This document shows, piece after piece, positions 51,617 through 64,000 of a stretch of 64,000 nucleotides of DNA. The notes below the pieces were generated by a model. It did not search any database, was not told the origin of the DNA, and saw only the letters and a list, made by a program, of their open reading frames with translations. The DNA lies in contig NC_043015.1 in NCBI RefSeq assembly GCF_006345805.1, positions 18,538,001 through 18,602,000 of the forward strand. Reading direction: 5' to 3'. Numbering within the stretch: position 1 is the stretch's first letter; each line of letters opens with the position of its first letter. A program made the translations under genes and the position numbers. Source of the stretch: Octopus sinensis. Lineage: Eukaryota.

Positions 51617-52286
51617 AATATCTCAATAGACTCTTTGCTACAGATATCACAAGGAGTTTGGCTAAATTGGTAAGGGCGTTGAATTTTGGAAATTTGATCT
51701 GGTCTTAGCACTAATCTGGTTCGTATCCATTGGACGCCTTTTGACAGAATCTTATACCCATTGTATATTCCAAACTCAGTTCTTCCCGAGCTTTGGTATG
51801 CCGTCGATATTACTGAAATGACTCAGAGAACTGGGCTGGGATAGTTTTGCCTTCGTCTTCATTTCTAATATTGCAGTCGTGCCATTCATAAAAGTTCGAT
51901 GAGATGTTTTCTATTTTTCTTTCTTCCGAGCAAATTCTTAACTTTTTTCAGTGCTAACCCCATAGCCACCATGAAAATGAATATTAAAATGATAAACCCA
52001 ACTGCATTACAAGCCCCTCTCAAAAATATTTTAATATGTTGTATATCAGCGCAAAGAGAACCAAAGTTAAAACAGAAAATCCGAAATGCCCTTTCCTTCC
52101 AACTGGATATATTTCGGGCAGTGTGAGAGTTCCGGAACACCAAATTTTTGAGTTAAAGTGTCTATGAAGCCATTCACTGACAGAAATCTTGACATTAAAG
52201 TGTGATAGATTGTTGTTTATATCCACTCTTCCTTTGGTACCTGCAGACGCTCGACCGTACACACTCATGTACATCCACCCACGCAC

Positions 52287-52332
<46 letters not shown>

Positions 52333-52333
<1 letters not shown>

Positions 52334-52380
52334 GGACTCTCCCGTCGAAGCAACACCCTAACCACTAGGCCTTGCACCTT
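52333..52380 (-). mobile_element. Truncated tRNA-derived SINE head
   Basis: Minus strand ggtgcaaggcctagtggttagggtg, A-box-like. Confidence 0.4.
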
Positions 52381-52408
52381 CTTTATATATAAAATTACAT
52401 TTGCATGT

Positions 52409-52447
<39 letters not shown>

Positions 52448-53235
52448 TTTGGTGTTTTCTCTCAGACAAGTAATTTTCAATCAATGACACCAAATGTATA
52501 TACAGCATTATGAGCGGTTTATTTACTTTTTGGGCAAGTTTTGACTTGAATAGAGAGCTTGTGCAATCTTTAACAAGTTGTAAGTACTGCAGAGAGATGT
52601 ATTTCAAGTGATGGATTCTTTCCTTGTCGTTGGTATTGTCTGGTATAGGAGTAATTCGATGACGCACTCATTTTTCCTTTCTTTATCTCATTATCTTTTG
52701 TTCTGCCTAATTGCATTTTCGAAATTGAGTACTTTCATTTAGCTTCTCCTGCCGAAATTAATTGCAACACATACATAAACAAATAAATGTATTAGCGAAG
52801 GAAATAACAGTCAATAATTAAGGGTAATTCACAAGATTGTAAATAAAGTATATCATTGAATATCGAAGCCAATCGGATTCATTTCCGATTGCATTTACTG
52901 CAGGCAATTAGTTTTCCTCACAAAAGACTGAAAGCTTTTAAACTAGGCAACGAAAAATGTACAAGCTTTTAGAAAAATTGACAATTCCTCAGATTTTGCC
53001 AGCTGGTATATGTTGTGCGCTCCTAACTATGTATGTGTGCGGTTTTCTGTTACATGTGTCTTTGTATGTTGCATATATGTATCACTGCAAGAGAAGGTTT
53101 GTATGCATATGCATGCGTGAAACATACGTTAAAGATTTTAAGCTCGTATTTCTTTATCGATGCATATTTGTTATTGTGCACGAATTCAATTCAGTATGCG
53201 TTTATTTGTGATGGTTCATTTCTTCTTGTTCACAG

Positions 53236-53350
53236 GTTTTCCTAGATCGGCGAGATTGATGCCATTTATGATCCTCTCGGACAAGTCAACATCTACGGGA
53301 AAGACGTTAGTAAAGGAGCTAATTCTAAAGAGCGACACACTGGGAAGAAA
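53236..53350 (+). CDS. Weak candidate host exon; frame ambiguous
   Basis: Polypyrimidine acceptors at ..cacag| (53235) and ..cctag| (53245), and donors gttagt (53306) or gtaaac (53351). Two frames are open (IGEIDAIYDPLGQVNIYGKD.. or GFPRSARLMPF..). Confidence 0.25.
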
Positions 53351-53399
53351 GTAAACATACGGTTGGATGTAATGAGGAGGATAAGATGTGGGTAGACGA

Positions 53400-53760
53400 G
53401 TGATTCAAGAATCCCTGAATGGAGGTGGCGTGAGTTGAAGATGTGAGTTAATTGAAATAGCCAGTAGAAAATGCAGAAAGTGGAGGCATCTGTGGACCAG
53501 AGACTAGCGTGTGTATAAGAAGGTTATACAAATTTGCCACGCTGGTGTATGCAATTAGCAGCGTTGCTCCGTTGTAAGTCTCACCTGGGGTTTGTAGAGT
53601 GTCAATAATTCTTGAGGGCTGGATTATCTTCGCACTCTGAAAAGAAGGACCAATCTTTGTGATGTGGTCCTAGCTAAGTTAAGGATGTACTTTCGCCAAG
53701 GGATCTCTTTGGTAATATGGTTCTAGTTTTGCGCTGCTCACGGTTAAGGGGAGTGTGGTG
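53400..53760 (-). mobile_element. Old PLE remnant (linker and endonuclease region)
   Basis: LLIAY..ANLYNLLIH and TSSTHATSIQG resemble the PLE PLIAYRRPxNLxxLLV and TSxxTSIQG segments. Confidence 0.45.
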
Positions 53761-54504
53761 CAATGAATTTTGATCACGTTGTGTTAGTCTCTACTAAAAT
53801 CGTTGTTTTCCCTCGTTTGATTTATGTTCCTGTGTGTACTGTTTGTTCCCTTTTGTTATCAAGAGAACCAGGAACCTTTTGATTGATGTTTTGTGTTGTT
53901 TTTTTTCCCATGAAAGGCAGTTTTTGACTGCTCACTCACAAAAATCGCTAGCTAGCGGTAAAAGAAAAAAAAAATCATAATCAAAATTTCGGCCTCAACA
54001 AAGAGGATGACGACCATTGAAATTATGAAGGAGAAAACTTCTTCCCACCAACCCTCTTACAACCAAAGACTTCCCTCTTCATCCTTTACTCACTCTGCGA
54101 GAGGTGATAATAGCGGCAACAACAAAAGCAACAACAACGAGCTGATTAACGTGGCTGGCGAAACCACAGAAAAACTCATCAATAGCAGCAGCAGCAGCAC
54201 CACCACCACCAATACGATATCAAGCATGCAGATTGACAGCATAGATTACGACAGTAGCAGATCAACAGTAACAATAACAAAAATATCAACAACAACAACA
54301 ACAATAATATTGGTGGAAATGGATGGAAGCACTCCGTCGGTTACGTCGACGAGGGTTCCTGTTGATCCGAATCAACGGAACAGCCTGCTCGTGAAATTAA
54401 CGTGGAAGTGGCTGAGCACTCCACAGACACGTGTACCCTTAACGTAGTTCTCGGGGATATTCAGCGTGACACAGAGAGTGACAAGGCCGGCCCTTTGAAG
54501 TACA

Positions 54505-54708
54505 AGGTACAACAGAAACAGGAAGAAAGAGTGAGAGAAAGTTGTGGTGAAAGAGTACAGCAGGGATCACCACCATCCCCTGCCGGAGCCTCGTGGAGCT
54601 TTAGGTGTTTTCGCTCAATAAACACTCACAACGCCCGGTCTGGGAATCGAAACCGCGATCCTATGACCGCGAGTCCGCTGCCCTAACCACTGGGCCATTG
54701 CGCCTCCA
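54505..54708 (-). mobile_element. SINE family A, 5' part
   Basis: Reverse complement of 7465 to about 7660 with few differences; A and B boxes present. Confidence 0.85.
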
Positions 54709-54899
54709 CAATAATATTAACTACAACGTCAAGAGTAACACGTTCAGCAGCAGTAGCCGCAGCAACAACATCAACATCAACGATAGCAACAGCAACAACA
54801 ACAACAATAATGACAGCAAACTCACTTTTACGGGTGTATCAAAGTGAACAAAACTCTCCTTAAAAGACAAGCAGCTAAAGTTAGAGGAGGTCGCTCTTT

Positions 54900-55740
54900 A
54901 TAGAAAGATTGTAGGACGATAAGCTTTCACAGAACCTCCACACAAATTCTCAAATGGTATTTTAAAAAGAAAAATATACTACCGGTGAATCACTGTGAGG
55001 AATCGCTGCATAGAGAACGCAACTAATGTTCAGGTGGAAAGGTTTTTTTTTAAATATGGGAGGATATGCGGAACTTCTTCCTACCAACCCTCTTACAGAA
55101 CGTGCTCAGGACTGAACAGTATGGGAGCACAAGTTTTATTCAAGACCGAAGCCCTCGCTTTGCAACAATCCGTGGTCCCCTGGAGGAGTGAAGAAACGAC
55201 TCCGTACCCTACGTACTTGAACCAAAGAACGTATTCAAGGCAACCCACCAGAGTACAACCTCCGATGAGCCGTATCCTGAGTGATGTTAAAGGGTAGTGA
55301 CATGCTATTGGGTGTCAAGTGGATGGAGTGGGAGATCTTTTCTAGGATCAACGTGGAGATATAGTATTCTGTAGACCAGTAGATAAAAGTAATATATGTT
55401 GTCCACAATTCAAAGTCATCAGCTATACAGATCAAACATTCATGATTTGTATGGTATAACATGATAGGCTCTATAGGTAGGGCCATGAATATTGCAGAAC
55501 GTTTTCTAGCGCGTCAAGCTTTCAGAGGCTAGATTAATATGTTAGTTCAGCGGAAGTTGACTAGTGCATTCGTCACAAACCAATGGTGGGTTGTTAAAAG
55601 GGATATTAAAGTAGAGGCGTTTAAGTTTAGTAAAGAAATAGCGATAGGGAAGTCTAGAATAGAGAAAGACGTAGTTAGGAAGCTAGAAGCAACCGATGTG
55701 CTGGCGGCGAAATTGGCTCTTGATTAATTTTTGAATACCA
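54900..55740 (-). mobile_element. Old PLE RT remnant
   Basis: NIFMA..; IADDFELWT (YIDDIF-like); SLPFNI (SLPFLD-like). Confidence 0.45.
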
Positions 55741-57720
55741 AGTGCGAAGGTCACGTTGTCAGAGCTTGGGCGCGTGGTCTAAGACACGTGGGAATGAAAG
55801 CTGTTCGATGGCCCAAGTGTGATTTTATTTCTTACCCCAACGGCCCGCTGCGGCTTCTGGCCTAGGATGTGGAGTTCTGTGAAATGCCAATAACAACCGA
55901 AGACATACTTGATGCGTTGACTAGCTGTTCAAAGGAGAAGTCTCCGAGTTGGCTTGTTCACTCTTCCAGTTTAATCTTCATACGCCAGACATTTTTGTTG
56001 ATCCCTTGGTAGATGTTTACTTCAACTAGCTGCAGAACGGGAGGATTCTCAGTTTTGTGATTCGAAGTGTCGTGGTGCTGCTGAGAAAGGACCTAAACAA
56101 GGTGGACCATATCAATATAGATTACAAGATTTTGTATCATAAATTACAAAATACAGATTGTGTAAATATAGATTAAATCTGCTAAATACAGATTAGAAGA
56201 TTTTGGCCAAGGTGATAGTCAAGAAGTTGGTGCTCATCATGGATAGATCGGTCGGAGATGCGCAGACACACCGTTCTAAACACATCTATGTACGACAACC
56301 TTCACCGTATGCATTACATCATAGAGAGGGCAGGCAAGGAATCTGGTATGGGTGGTGTCCTGATCAATTAGGATCAATTGATAGCTTTCGATGGGGTTGA
56401 CCATCGACATCTGTTCAATGTTCAACGTAAATGGCCATCTATGGAAATCATTTGGTATTGCACGTTCGGTCCGTCAAGGATGCACACTCTCGCTCTCTCA
56501 GTGTGTGCTGGCTATCGAGCCATTGCTATGGAAGCTTCGAGAGGCATCCTGCGTGAACTAGGATGCAGAAGATTCATGTCAGTATCGTGGGGCTTTAAAC
56601 AGAAGTTGCTCGGGTTTGGTCAACTTTCAGGTAGACAAACCAGAGGTGGAGAGGTGGCGATCAGAGTAGGCAGAGTAGGCTGTCCTTGAATGGTCGAGCG
56701 GAGGGGATGAATGCGTCTATTTACGTTTGACAGTTGTCTCTTGCTCTGTGTTGTTGATGATTAAGCTTGAGTGTTTACTCTTCTGTTTTCTGTGGAAGTA
56801 AGGGGCTTCGCTTGTCAGATAATCCATTTGATGTCAGCAGCCGCTGCGTAGAGGACTGTGGCTAATGATGCGCAATTATGTGCTGAGGCTGCCACATCGC
56901 TAGCGTTTCCAACATTGGGCGTCATTTGTTGAGTAGAATTTTCTTCAGTTCGTCTCATTGACGGAGCTGCAGTCCTGGATCAAGCGTAGACTGAGACAAA
57001 AGGTTTGGCATCTGAAGTATTGGCAAGTGCTCACAGCCCTCTGCTAGTCTGTCAATGCGGTTGGTAGTTCTACCTTGGAGTTCTATAGATGGTTTTCGGG
57101 CAAGAGCGACGAAGTTCTCGGGAAATCTTTCGGTATTGGAGGAGATCGGTTGGTTGGACTTTTGCGGATGACTTTTGGGTCGTGTACTATGGATAATTTC
57201 CAGAGATCCCTGATCTGGCAGTTCTATCGGCGTGTGGTGGTGGAGGTGGGGGCTCTACAGGCGCGGAAGTGCTGTCAGACGGACTGCACGAGAATCGCGC
57301 ACTGTGATGAAACCGCCCTGTATGCACTGATTCAGTATCCAGACATTGCTGACTTGTTGAGCTTTGTCGAACAGCTGTTGTCGCATGTAGGGCGGATCTG
57401 GCTCTCGGCCAAGTCCATCGTGAAGATAACTTCGCCACCTTCTTTTGGTCGGGAAGTGATGACAATTTTCTTATCTGGTTGCTCTTGAGAAAAAGGTAGA
57501 ATGGTTGAAAGGACTGAAGAAGTTGCTTTTGTCTTCGGCTAAGTTCTCATGGGAAAAGAAAGTGAGGGTGGAATGGGAAGTGCTTCTTCCCCCAGTATTT
57601 TTGTTGAAAGGTGGGTAAAATTTATGAGGATGGCTTGTGTGAATGGGCCTACTCTAAGGATGTGCTGTAGGCTGGAGAGAACGAAGAGGGAAAGGGTGCC
57701 TGCCTGAAGCGCCCTTGGCG
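55740..57720 (+). mobile_element. Decayed L1/Tx1-like LINE in two blocks (55740-56620 and 57060-57720) separated by ~440 bp of unassigned sequence
   Basis: LAKVIVKKL..GDAQT; LDQL..AFDGVDH; C-terminal DCTRIAHCDETALYALIQ; similar to the minus-strand Tx1 copies. Confidence 0.75.
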
Positions 57721-57924
57721 ATCAAGGTGTCCTTTTGGAAAATTTCTTGTTTAACAGAAATAATGTTTTTTGCCACTTCAACACGGATATTCCGTAGAAA
57801 CCGACGTTACAACCACTTTAACCCCCGGAGGACGTTTACTCCAGCTGGTTATTCGATGAAATCTGCACTCGAAATATATTGTCAAACAGAAGAGTGAACC
57901 CTTACCATCTTCCAGCGACAGGAC

Positions 57925-57971
57925 CATCAAACCGTACGGTTTCGAGCTATTTGCGCACATCCTCAGTGGTG
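57925..57971 (-). ncRNA. Slightly decayed minimal hammerhead with a 10-nt palindromic helix III
   Basis: Minus strand: cacca | CTGAGGA t | gtgc-gcaaata-gctc | GAAA | ccgtacgg T T | tgatg. Helix III is ACCGTACGGT; helices I and II each have one mismatch. Confidence 0.6.
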
Positions 57972-58199
57972 AATACTCGTCCGCTAGAGATAGCAGTAGT
58001 TCGCTCCAGCTCGCAATATATAGAAAGTAAGTGACACCTAGTCACTAATCTTGCAACAAGCAAATTAGCTAGATAGAAAATCTCTATAAGAGATGGAAGC
58101 GGGAGGTGGCATCATCCTGGGGTTAAAATGGTAGTAACGTCGATTCCTAAAGAACTGTTGTGATCATCTGTCGAACTGCTATAGCACCCACTCCGGTAT

Positions 58200-59105
58200 A
58201 GTTACACACTTAATATTTTTTTCGTTTGGCATCCACTTCCAGGAACTCCATAAATGTTTTTCTTACGCTTGTGTGTCTGGGTTCAATTATTTGTAGTGGC
58301 GTTGGCACTTGAAAAGTACCATATAACCATTCAATTGGTTCCTCCATTCTCTTGAGTTCGCTCTCACCGAATCTTCTTTTTAGTTGGTTCATATATCTCT
58401 TGTATACCCCTTTTCTTCCTTTTACCAAGTATAGCATTTTCTCCATGCGTTTGGCAATCACGCCATCCCTTCAACTAACAAATATCTTCTCGCCAATTTT
58501 GAAATATCTTGCTGTATTATCTATTGCAATGTTTTTCTTATCAGGTAACAATTTGTCAAGACTGATTTTATTTTACTTGCAAACATCAGCTCCGCTGGTG
58601 ACATATCTGCTGGTGTATTTGGATTTGGTGTCCCACGGCATACTCCTAAGAATTGCTGTAGAGCTATCTCATCTTTGACTTTCTTATTCGACTTTCTTAA
58701 GGCTCTCTTGAACGTATCGACAAAGCGTTCTACTTATCCGTTAGATCTGGGTTGGTATGGCACTGTAGTTACATGTTCTAAAGCGAACGCTTTACAAAAC
58801 TTTTTAAACTCAAAAGACACAAATTACGTTCTATTGTCAGACACTATCACGCCTGAGATGTCAAATATCGTAAACAACTCATGTAGAAAGTTTGTCGCAG
58901 TTGAGGATGTTGGCTTTTTGCACCTTTTTACACTTACAAATTTCTGGCCATTTAGAGAAACTATTGACTACCATTAAGTAGTATGAACCGTTTAAGGGAC
59001 CAGCGAAATCGATGTGTAGTCTCGACCACGGAACATCTACCTTTGGCCAAGGTTCACTTTTTATCGTTGGTAATTTTGCCGCTAGAGCACATCTTCTACA
59101 GCTTT
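58200..59105 (-). mobile_element. Ty3/Gypsy LTR-retrotransposon integrase remnant
   Basis: CRRC..PWSRLHIDFAGPLNGSYYLMVVNSFSKWPE; VSDN; PYQPRSNG.VERFVDTFK; truncated upstream by (TAA)n. Confidence 0.9.
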
Positions 59106-59109
59106 TCAC

Positions 59110-59164
<55 letters not shown>

Positions 59165-59214
59165 GCTTTACATTTGTACAAGTTGACTCCAAGTTGACAT
59201 AATGATATACAAAA

Positions 59215-60520
59215 GCATTTGCATGTTTCTAGTAATCCCCTATGTCAATACAAATCCGTCTTATCCTCAAAAATTGGGATTTCGGATTTGACCGAATAAT
59301 ATGATGAGGATGATCGGAACGGCGGTGAAGATAAATGTGGAATGATGTGGGCTTGAAAAATAACTCTGTCACTATCCTACCTCCAGAAAACTTAACTTTT
59401 GTGCTCAAAAATTCAACGTTAGTTTTTGAAAAGCTAGACGTAAATTTTATGTGAGACTCAAAGCCATAGTTTTTAGCATAACAGTCACGGAAGTCCATTA
59501 AACTATCCTGTGATCCTTCCCAGGCCAAAAATACGTCATCAGTGAACAGTAACCTGAGTATTGGTTCATGACCATGAATGGATTTGAATGTCTTCAGTAA
59601 CTGTGTCTCGAATTTCGTCATGAAGACAGTGAAATTAACTGTCATGAGACTACCTATGGAGCAACCCTTTGTCTGGTGCAAAAATCACAAACCTCAATAT
59701 CCAACAGAGAAAATTTGATGGAATAGTTTTGTTTGACCGCTTTTCGAAGGCATCCATGCATGCTTGTACCCCTTCATCTTGGTCAATATTAGGATATAAA
59801 GAAGAAACATCCCTGATTATCAAAATGCAGTTTCCGACACGGCCTGGGTGCTTAAAAAAGTTGTTGATTTTAGACACAAAATCAAAAGTATCCCGTCTAT
59901 AGGAACTTGATCATTTTGCGACAGGGAGTAGAAAGTCATCCAGTCATTCCAAAATCTTGGCTGTACAACATTCATATTCGCTGCAAATTGGACGCATTGG
60001 AAGAAATCTTTCGAACTTTTTGTGTATTTTAGGGAGACCATAAGATACAGGTGTTCTCTCTGACCGTAAATTGAAATTGATTTCCTCCATTTTCAGAATT
60101 ATTTCGTCAAGTTCCTTTCTGTAATTAAGATTTGGATAGACAGGCAATTCTTCATATGAAGTTTTGTCATTTAATACTTCTTCACAAGCCGAAATATACT
60201 CACTTTTGACCATAATTACGATAGCGCCTTCCTTACTGGCCATTTTAATAACAATAGAATCGTTATTAGCTAGACGTCGGAGTGTGTAACGTTGGGCATT
60301 TGTGAGGTTATTCTAGGACTTCTTTACACTTGTTTTAAGGCTTTCTCTAATGCCTGCCTGACATGATTCAAGAAATTCCAGTAGTGCTTGTGAACATCCA
60401 TCCTGAACTTTATCTAGATACCAATTTGGATTCTTTTCAATCCAAAAATGCCAGATTCGATCATCATAATTTTTATTTTCAGTAAGCATAGGTTTTCTGA
60501 CTACTCGTTACCACTTTTTT
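59215..60520 (-). mobile_element. PLE reverse-transcriptase region, decayed
   Basis: YGLPKIHK..PMRPICS; DVSSLYPNI; FTDDVFLAW; FKPTSFHIYLHRRSDHP..KSQFLRIRRIC. Confidence 0.9.
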
Positions 60521-60646
60521 CATGTGTGTGCATGTGGATAAAACTGAAACTTCAAGACTGATGATGGCATTCCATCAACGGTGGTTGCTCTCATTCATAC
60601 TTTAAATTTAAATTTCTATAATTTTGAATTTTTATTACCTCTTATC

Positions 60647-60689
60647 TTGAACTTGAAAAAGACAGTCTTACTGTCGAAATATCGTTCAA
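60647..60689 (+). ncRNA. Minimal type-I hammerhead, U3-A8 core variant, in an inverted pLTR
   Basis: ttgaac | TTGAAAA a | gacag-tctta-ctgtc | GAAA | ta T C | gttcaa. Helix I is a perfect 6 bp and helix II a perfect 5 bp. AATAAA follows at 60692. Confidence 0.78.
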
Positions 60690-60899
60690 CCAATAAAATA
60701 TCTATTACAATCGAATCGCGCTCTTCGTCTTAACTGTTTACCTTTGTGAAGAGTTACGTCAATCCTTTAAAAAATATTATTATCATTATTGAGTGAGAGA
60801 GCAGTAGTGCAATTTTCTGTATGTTATATGTGTTTGTAAGTCCTGGTGTTTTTGTTATGTATTCGTCTGAATATTTTTTATCATGCCTAATGCACCTAC

Positions 60900-61115
60900 T
60901 ATACTCTTTTTACTCTTACTCTTTTACTTGTTTCAGTCATTTGACTGCGGCCATGTTGGAGCACCGCCTTTAGTCGAGCAAATCGAGCCCGGGACTTATT
61001 CTTTGTAAGCCCAGTACTTATTCTATCGGTCTCTTTTGCCGAACAGCTAAGTGACGGGGACGTAAACACACCAGCATCGGTTGTCAAGCAATGCTAGGGG
61101 GACAAACACAGACAC

Positions 61116-61196
<81 letters not shown>

Positions 61197-61352
61197 TACG
61201 ACAGGCTTCTTTCAGTTTCTGTCTACCAAATCCACTCACAAGGCATTGGTCGGCCCGGGGCTATAGCAGAAGACATTTGCCCAAGATGCCACGCAGTGGG
61301 ACTGAACCTGGAACTATGTGGTTGGTTAGCAAGCTACTTACCACACAGCTAC
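60900..61352 (-). mobile_element. tRNA-derived SINE, family C, with an internal (CA)/(TA) microsatellite
   Basis: Head ggagtagctgtgtggtaag..ccaggttcagtccc; 3' part ending in an AAGAG-type tail. Confidence 0.75.
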
Positions 61353-61354
61353 TC

Positions 61355-62018
61355 CTGGTAATGGTAGGAATTGGTTCTGTTTGTAGATTCCACATTCGAG
61401 TTACCTCTATTTCCAGGTCATTGTATTTTGTAAGCTTCTCCATTTCTTTTAGAGATACGTTGTCATCTGCTGGTATTGATACATCAATTAGAAAGCATTT
61501 ATTTTCTTCATGATCTCTGACAACTATATCTGGTCTGTTGGCCTTAACTTATCTGTCTGTGTGTATTGGCATATCCCAGAGTATGGTTGCTCTCGCGTTT
61601 TCTGTGACCTTTTCTGGTGTCTGCCTATACCATCTTTTGTTGTTCATTATGCGTTTATGGTAATTTCTGGTGGGGAGGCTTTGGTCTTGTGCTGCAATTA
61701 AAAATCCCCCTGTCTCTGCTTTGAGTCCTGAGCTTCTTAACCATTGCTGGGATTTTTCTTTGTCTATTTCTTTTGCATTTAGTTTAGTCCAGTATTTGCC
61801 ATGAAGGGGCTTTTCTTGCCATCGTTTTATCATGGTCCGTTGCTGTTCTAGTTTTAGTTTGGATTTCATTTGTTTTACAGCTTTTGTTGCTGCTTCTTCT
61901 CCTCCTTCTTCTTCTTCTTCTTCTTCTTCTTCTTCTTCTTCTTCTTCTTCTTCTTCTTCTTCTTCTTCTTCTTCTTCTTCTTCTTCTTCTTCTTCTTCTT
62001 CTTCTTCTTCTTCTTCTT

Positions 62019-62049
<31 letters not shown>

Positions 62050-64000
62050 TTTGTTAGGTGGTATGATTTCTTGCTTGAATCGTTCAGCTTCCTTAAATAC
62101 TGAGAACAGTTTTTTGTTTTGCTCGTGTTTTACCTCTATTTGTATCAGTTTTCCTTGCTTCTGAAGTAGATATTTTTGCAGTCCTATGGTGGTTATTTTA
62201 TAGTAGTTTTCCAGCTGTATAAGGCCTCTACCACCTTCTATACGTTGTATATATAGCCTTTCTACGTCAGATTTTGGGTGATGCATCCTAGGTCCTGTCA
62301 TTATTTTTCTTGTTTTCCTATCTATTTTGGTCAGTTCATTTAGTGTCCACTTAAGGATATTGTAGCTGTAACTTATAACTGGAACGGCTAATGTGTTAAT
62401 ACCTATTATTTTGTTTTTAGCATTGAGCTCTGTTTTTAGTATTGACCTAACTCGTCTATAATATTCTTTTTTTATTTTCTCTTTCAATTGTGTGTGTTGT
62501 ATCTTATCTAGTTCATGGATTCTTAAATATTTGTAAGTTTGGCTTTGGTCTAATTCTCTTATTTCATTGGCTTTATCTAGTGTGATGTTGCTACTCTTAA
62601 CTAGTTTTCCTCTTTTCAGGGTTACTTTGGCACATTTTTCTAATCCAAATTTCATATCTATTTCTTTGGTGAATCCATGAACTGTCTTTAGTAGTGTTTC
62701 CAGCTGTTTGTCACTTGTAGCGCATAGTTTTAGGTCATCCATATATAAAAGGTGGCTGATCGTTTTGCCGTAACATTTATATCCGCATCCAGTTCTATTT
62801 ATCATATCAGATAGAGGTGACAGTGCCAAGCAGAAAAGGAGTGGAGATAGCGTGTCTCCCTGGAATATTCCTCTTCTGATGGGAATGGCTTTGGTTTTCA
62901 CGAATCCCTCTTTTGTTTGGAGCTGTAGCACTGTCTGACATTTATTCGTAGAGTGTCCTATGTATTTTATAATTGTTGGTGCTACTTTGTTAATGGCTAG
63001 TGTTTCGAGGATCCATGTGTGGGGGATGCTATCAAACGCCTTTCGGTAGTCGATCCAGGCAATACTGAGGCCTTTCTTCTTTCTGTAGCTGTCTTCAGTT
63101 ATGGCTTTATTGATCATTAGTTGATCTTTACAGCCACATGAGCCCTTGCGGCATCCTTTCTGCTCTTCAGGAAACAGTTTGTTTTCGTCCAGGTGCTTGT
63201 TCAGCCTTTGCGATATCACTGCAGTAAATGCCTTGAACATAGTAGGGAGGCAGGTTATAGGTATGTAGTTTTCTGTTTTTGCTGTCTCATTTGATTTGGG
63301 AATTAAGATGGTTTTTCCCTTTTGTGAGCCATTCAGGCATTGTCTTTGGCTCTGCCAGTATGTTGTTAAAGTTTTCAGCCAGCTTTTTGTGCATTCCAGT
63401 CAGATATTTCAACCAGAAGTTGGGGATCTTGTCGTGTCCAGGTGCCTTCCAGTTGATTAGGCTTTGCAGTGCCTAGGTGACCTCTTCAGTTGTTATGGGG
63501 GTCCAGAGTTGCTCAGATGCCAAGTTTGTTGTATTAATACTCCCTTTCTGTGGTTGTTCATTCGCCGACCATACTTCTTTCCAGAATTCTTCCACTTCTT
63601 CTACCGTTGGTGCTGCTATTTTATTTTTGCCAAGTTCTTGGTAGAACTTTTTGGGGTTGGAGTTGAACTGTTTGTTTTGTTCAAAGAAACGTTGGCGTTT
63701 CTCATACCGGCGGATCCTTTGTGCTTTGGCAAGGACATATTGCTTTAGCTTTTCTTTTATCTCAGGTAAATCTTTTTCTGTGATGTTGTATTTGCATAGT
63801 ATTTTTGTTTTCTTTTTGTTGCATAGTAGCGTTGACTGTCTACTGATTTCGTTAAGAATCGACAGATCTTTTCTCATTTTTTGTATTTTTTTTAATGTTA
63901 TTTATCCACAGGGTTTGTTTGGGTGGTGGTACTCCTGTTTGGGTGGGTTTGAGTGAGTATCCATCATCTTTTGTGGCTGCTGCATATACTATCATTTAGC
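61355..64000 (-). mobile_element. Family A-related RLE LINE running off the window end; CCHC/RHD region deleted, 3' end cut by a SINE
   Basis: ORFs 63473-63877, 62047-63240 (RT) and 61549-61869; (TTC)n at 61906-62048. Confidence 0.92.
62047..63240 (-). CDS. Open RT segment (397 aa) of the family A-related LINE
   Basis: QKGCRKGSCGCKDQL; AWIDYRKAFDS; GIFQGDTLSPLLF; HLLYMDDLK. Confidence 0.85.

Overview
AT-rich, microsatellite-dense eukaryotic DNA made up almost entirely of retroelements. The SINE types and repeat density suggest an octopus/cephalopod, but that is inference. There are no rRNA, true tRNA or CRISPR features. Contents: (1) a roughly 16-kb head-to-tail, all plus-strand train of R4/Dong-like RLE LINEs nested in (TAA)n repeats (about 12.8-28.8 kb), including one near-intact ~4-kb copy, with more copies at 38-43 kb and 61-64 kb; (2) L1/Tx1-like, CR1-like and RTE LINEs and a Gypsy integrase remnant; (3) at least six Penelope-like (PLE) remnants; (4) three tRNA-derived SINE families and a probable non-autonomous Helitron/DINE-like element; (5) one good and one weak candidate host exon. 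The signal the ORF track misses is a set of nine minimal type-I hammerhead-ribozyme folds found by eye, most with a self-complementary helix III that suggests dimeric cleavage. Two carry a compensatory U3-A8 core pair. Several lie in ORF-less tandem or fold-back units (557-bp, 699-bp, ~280-bp) that look like a retrozyme-like or non-autonomous PLE system. All calls come from reading the sequence by eye; no searches or folding programs were run, and many element boundaries are approximate.
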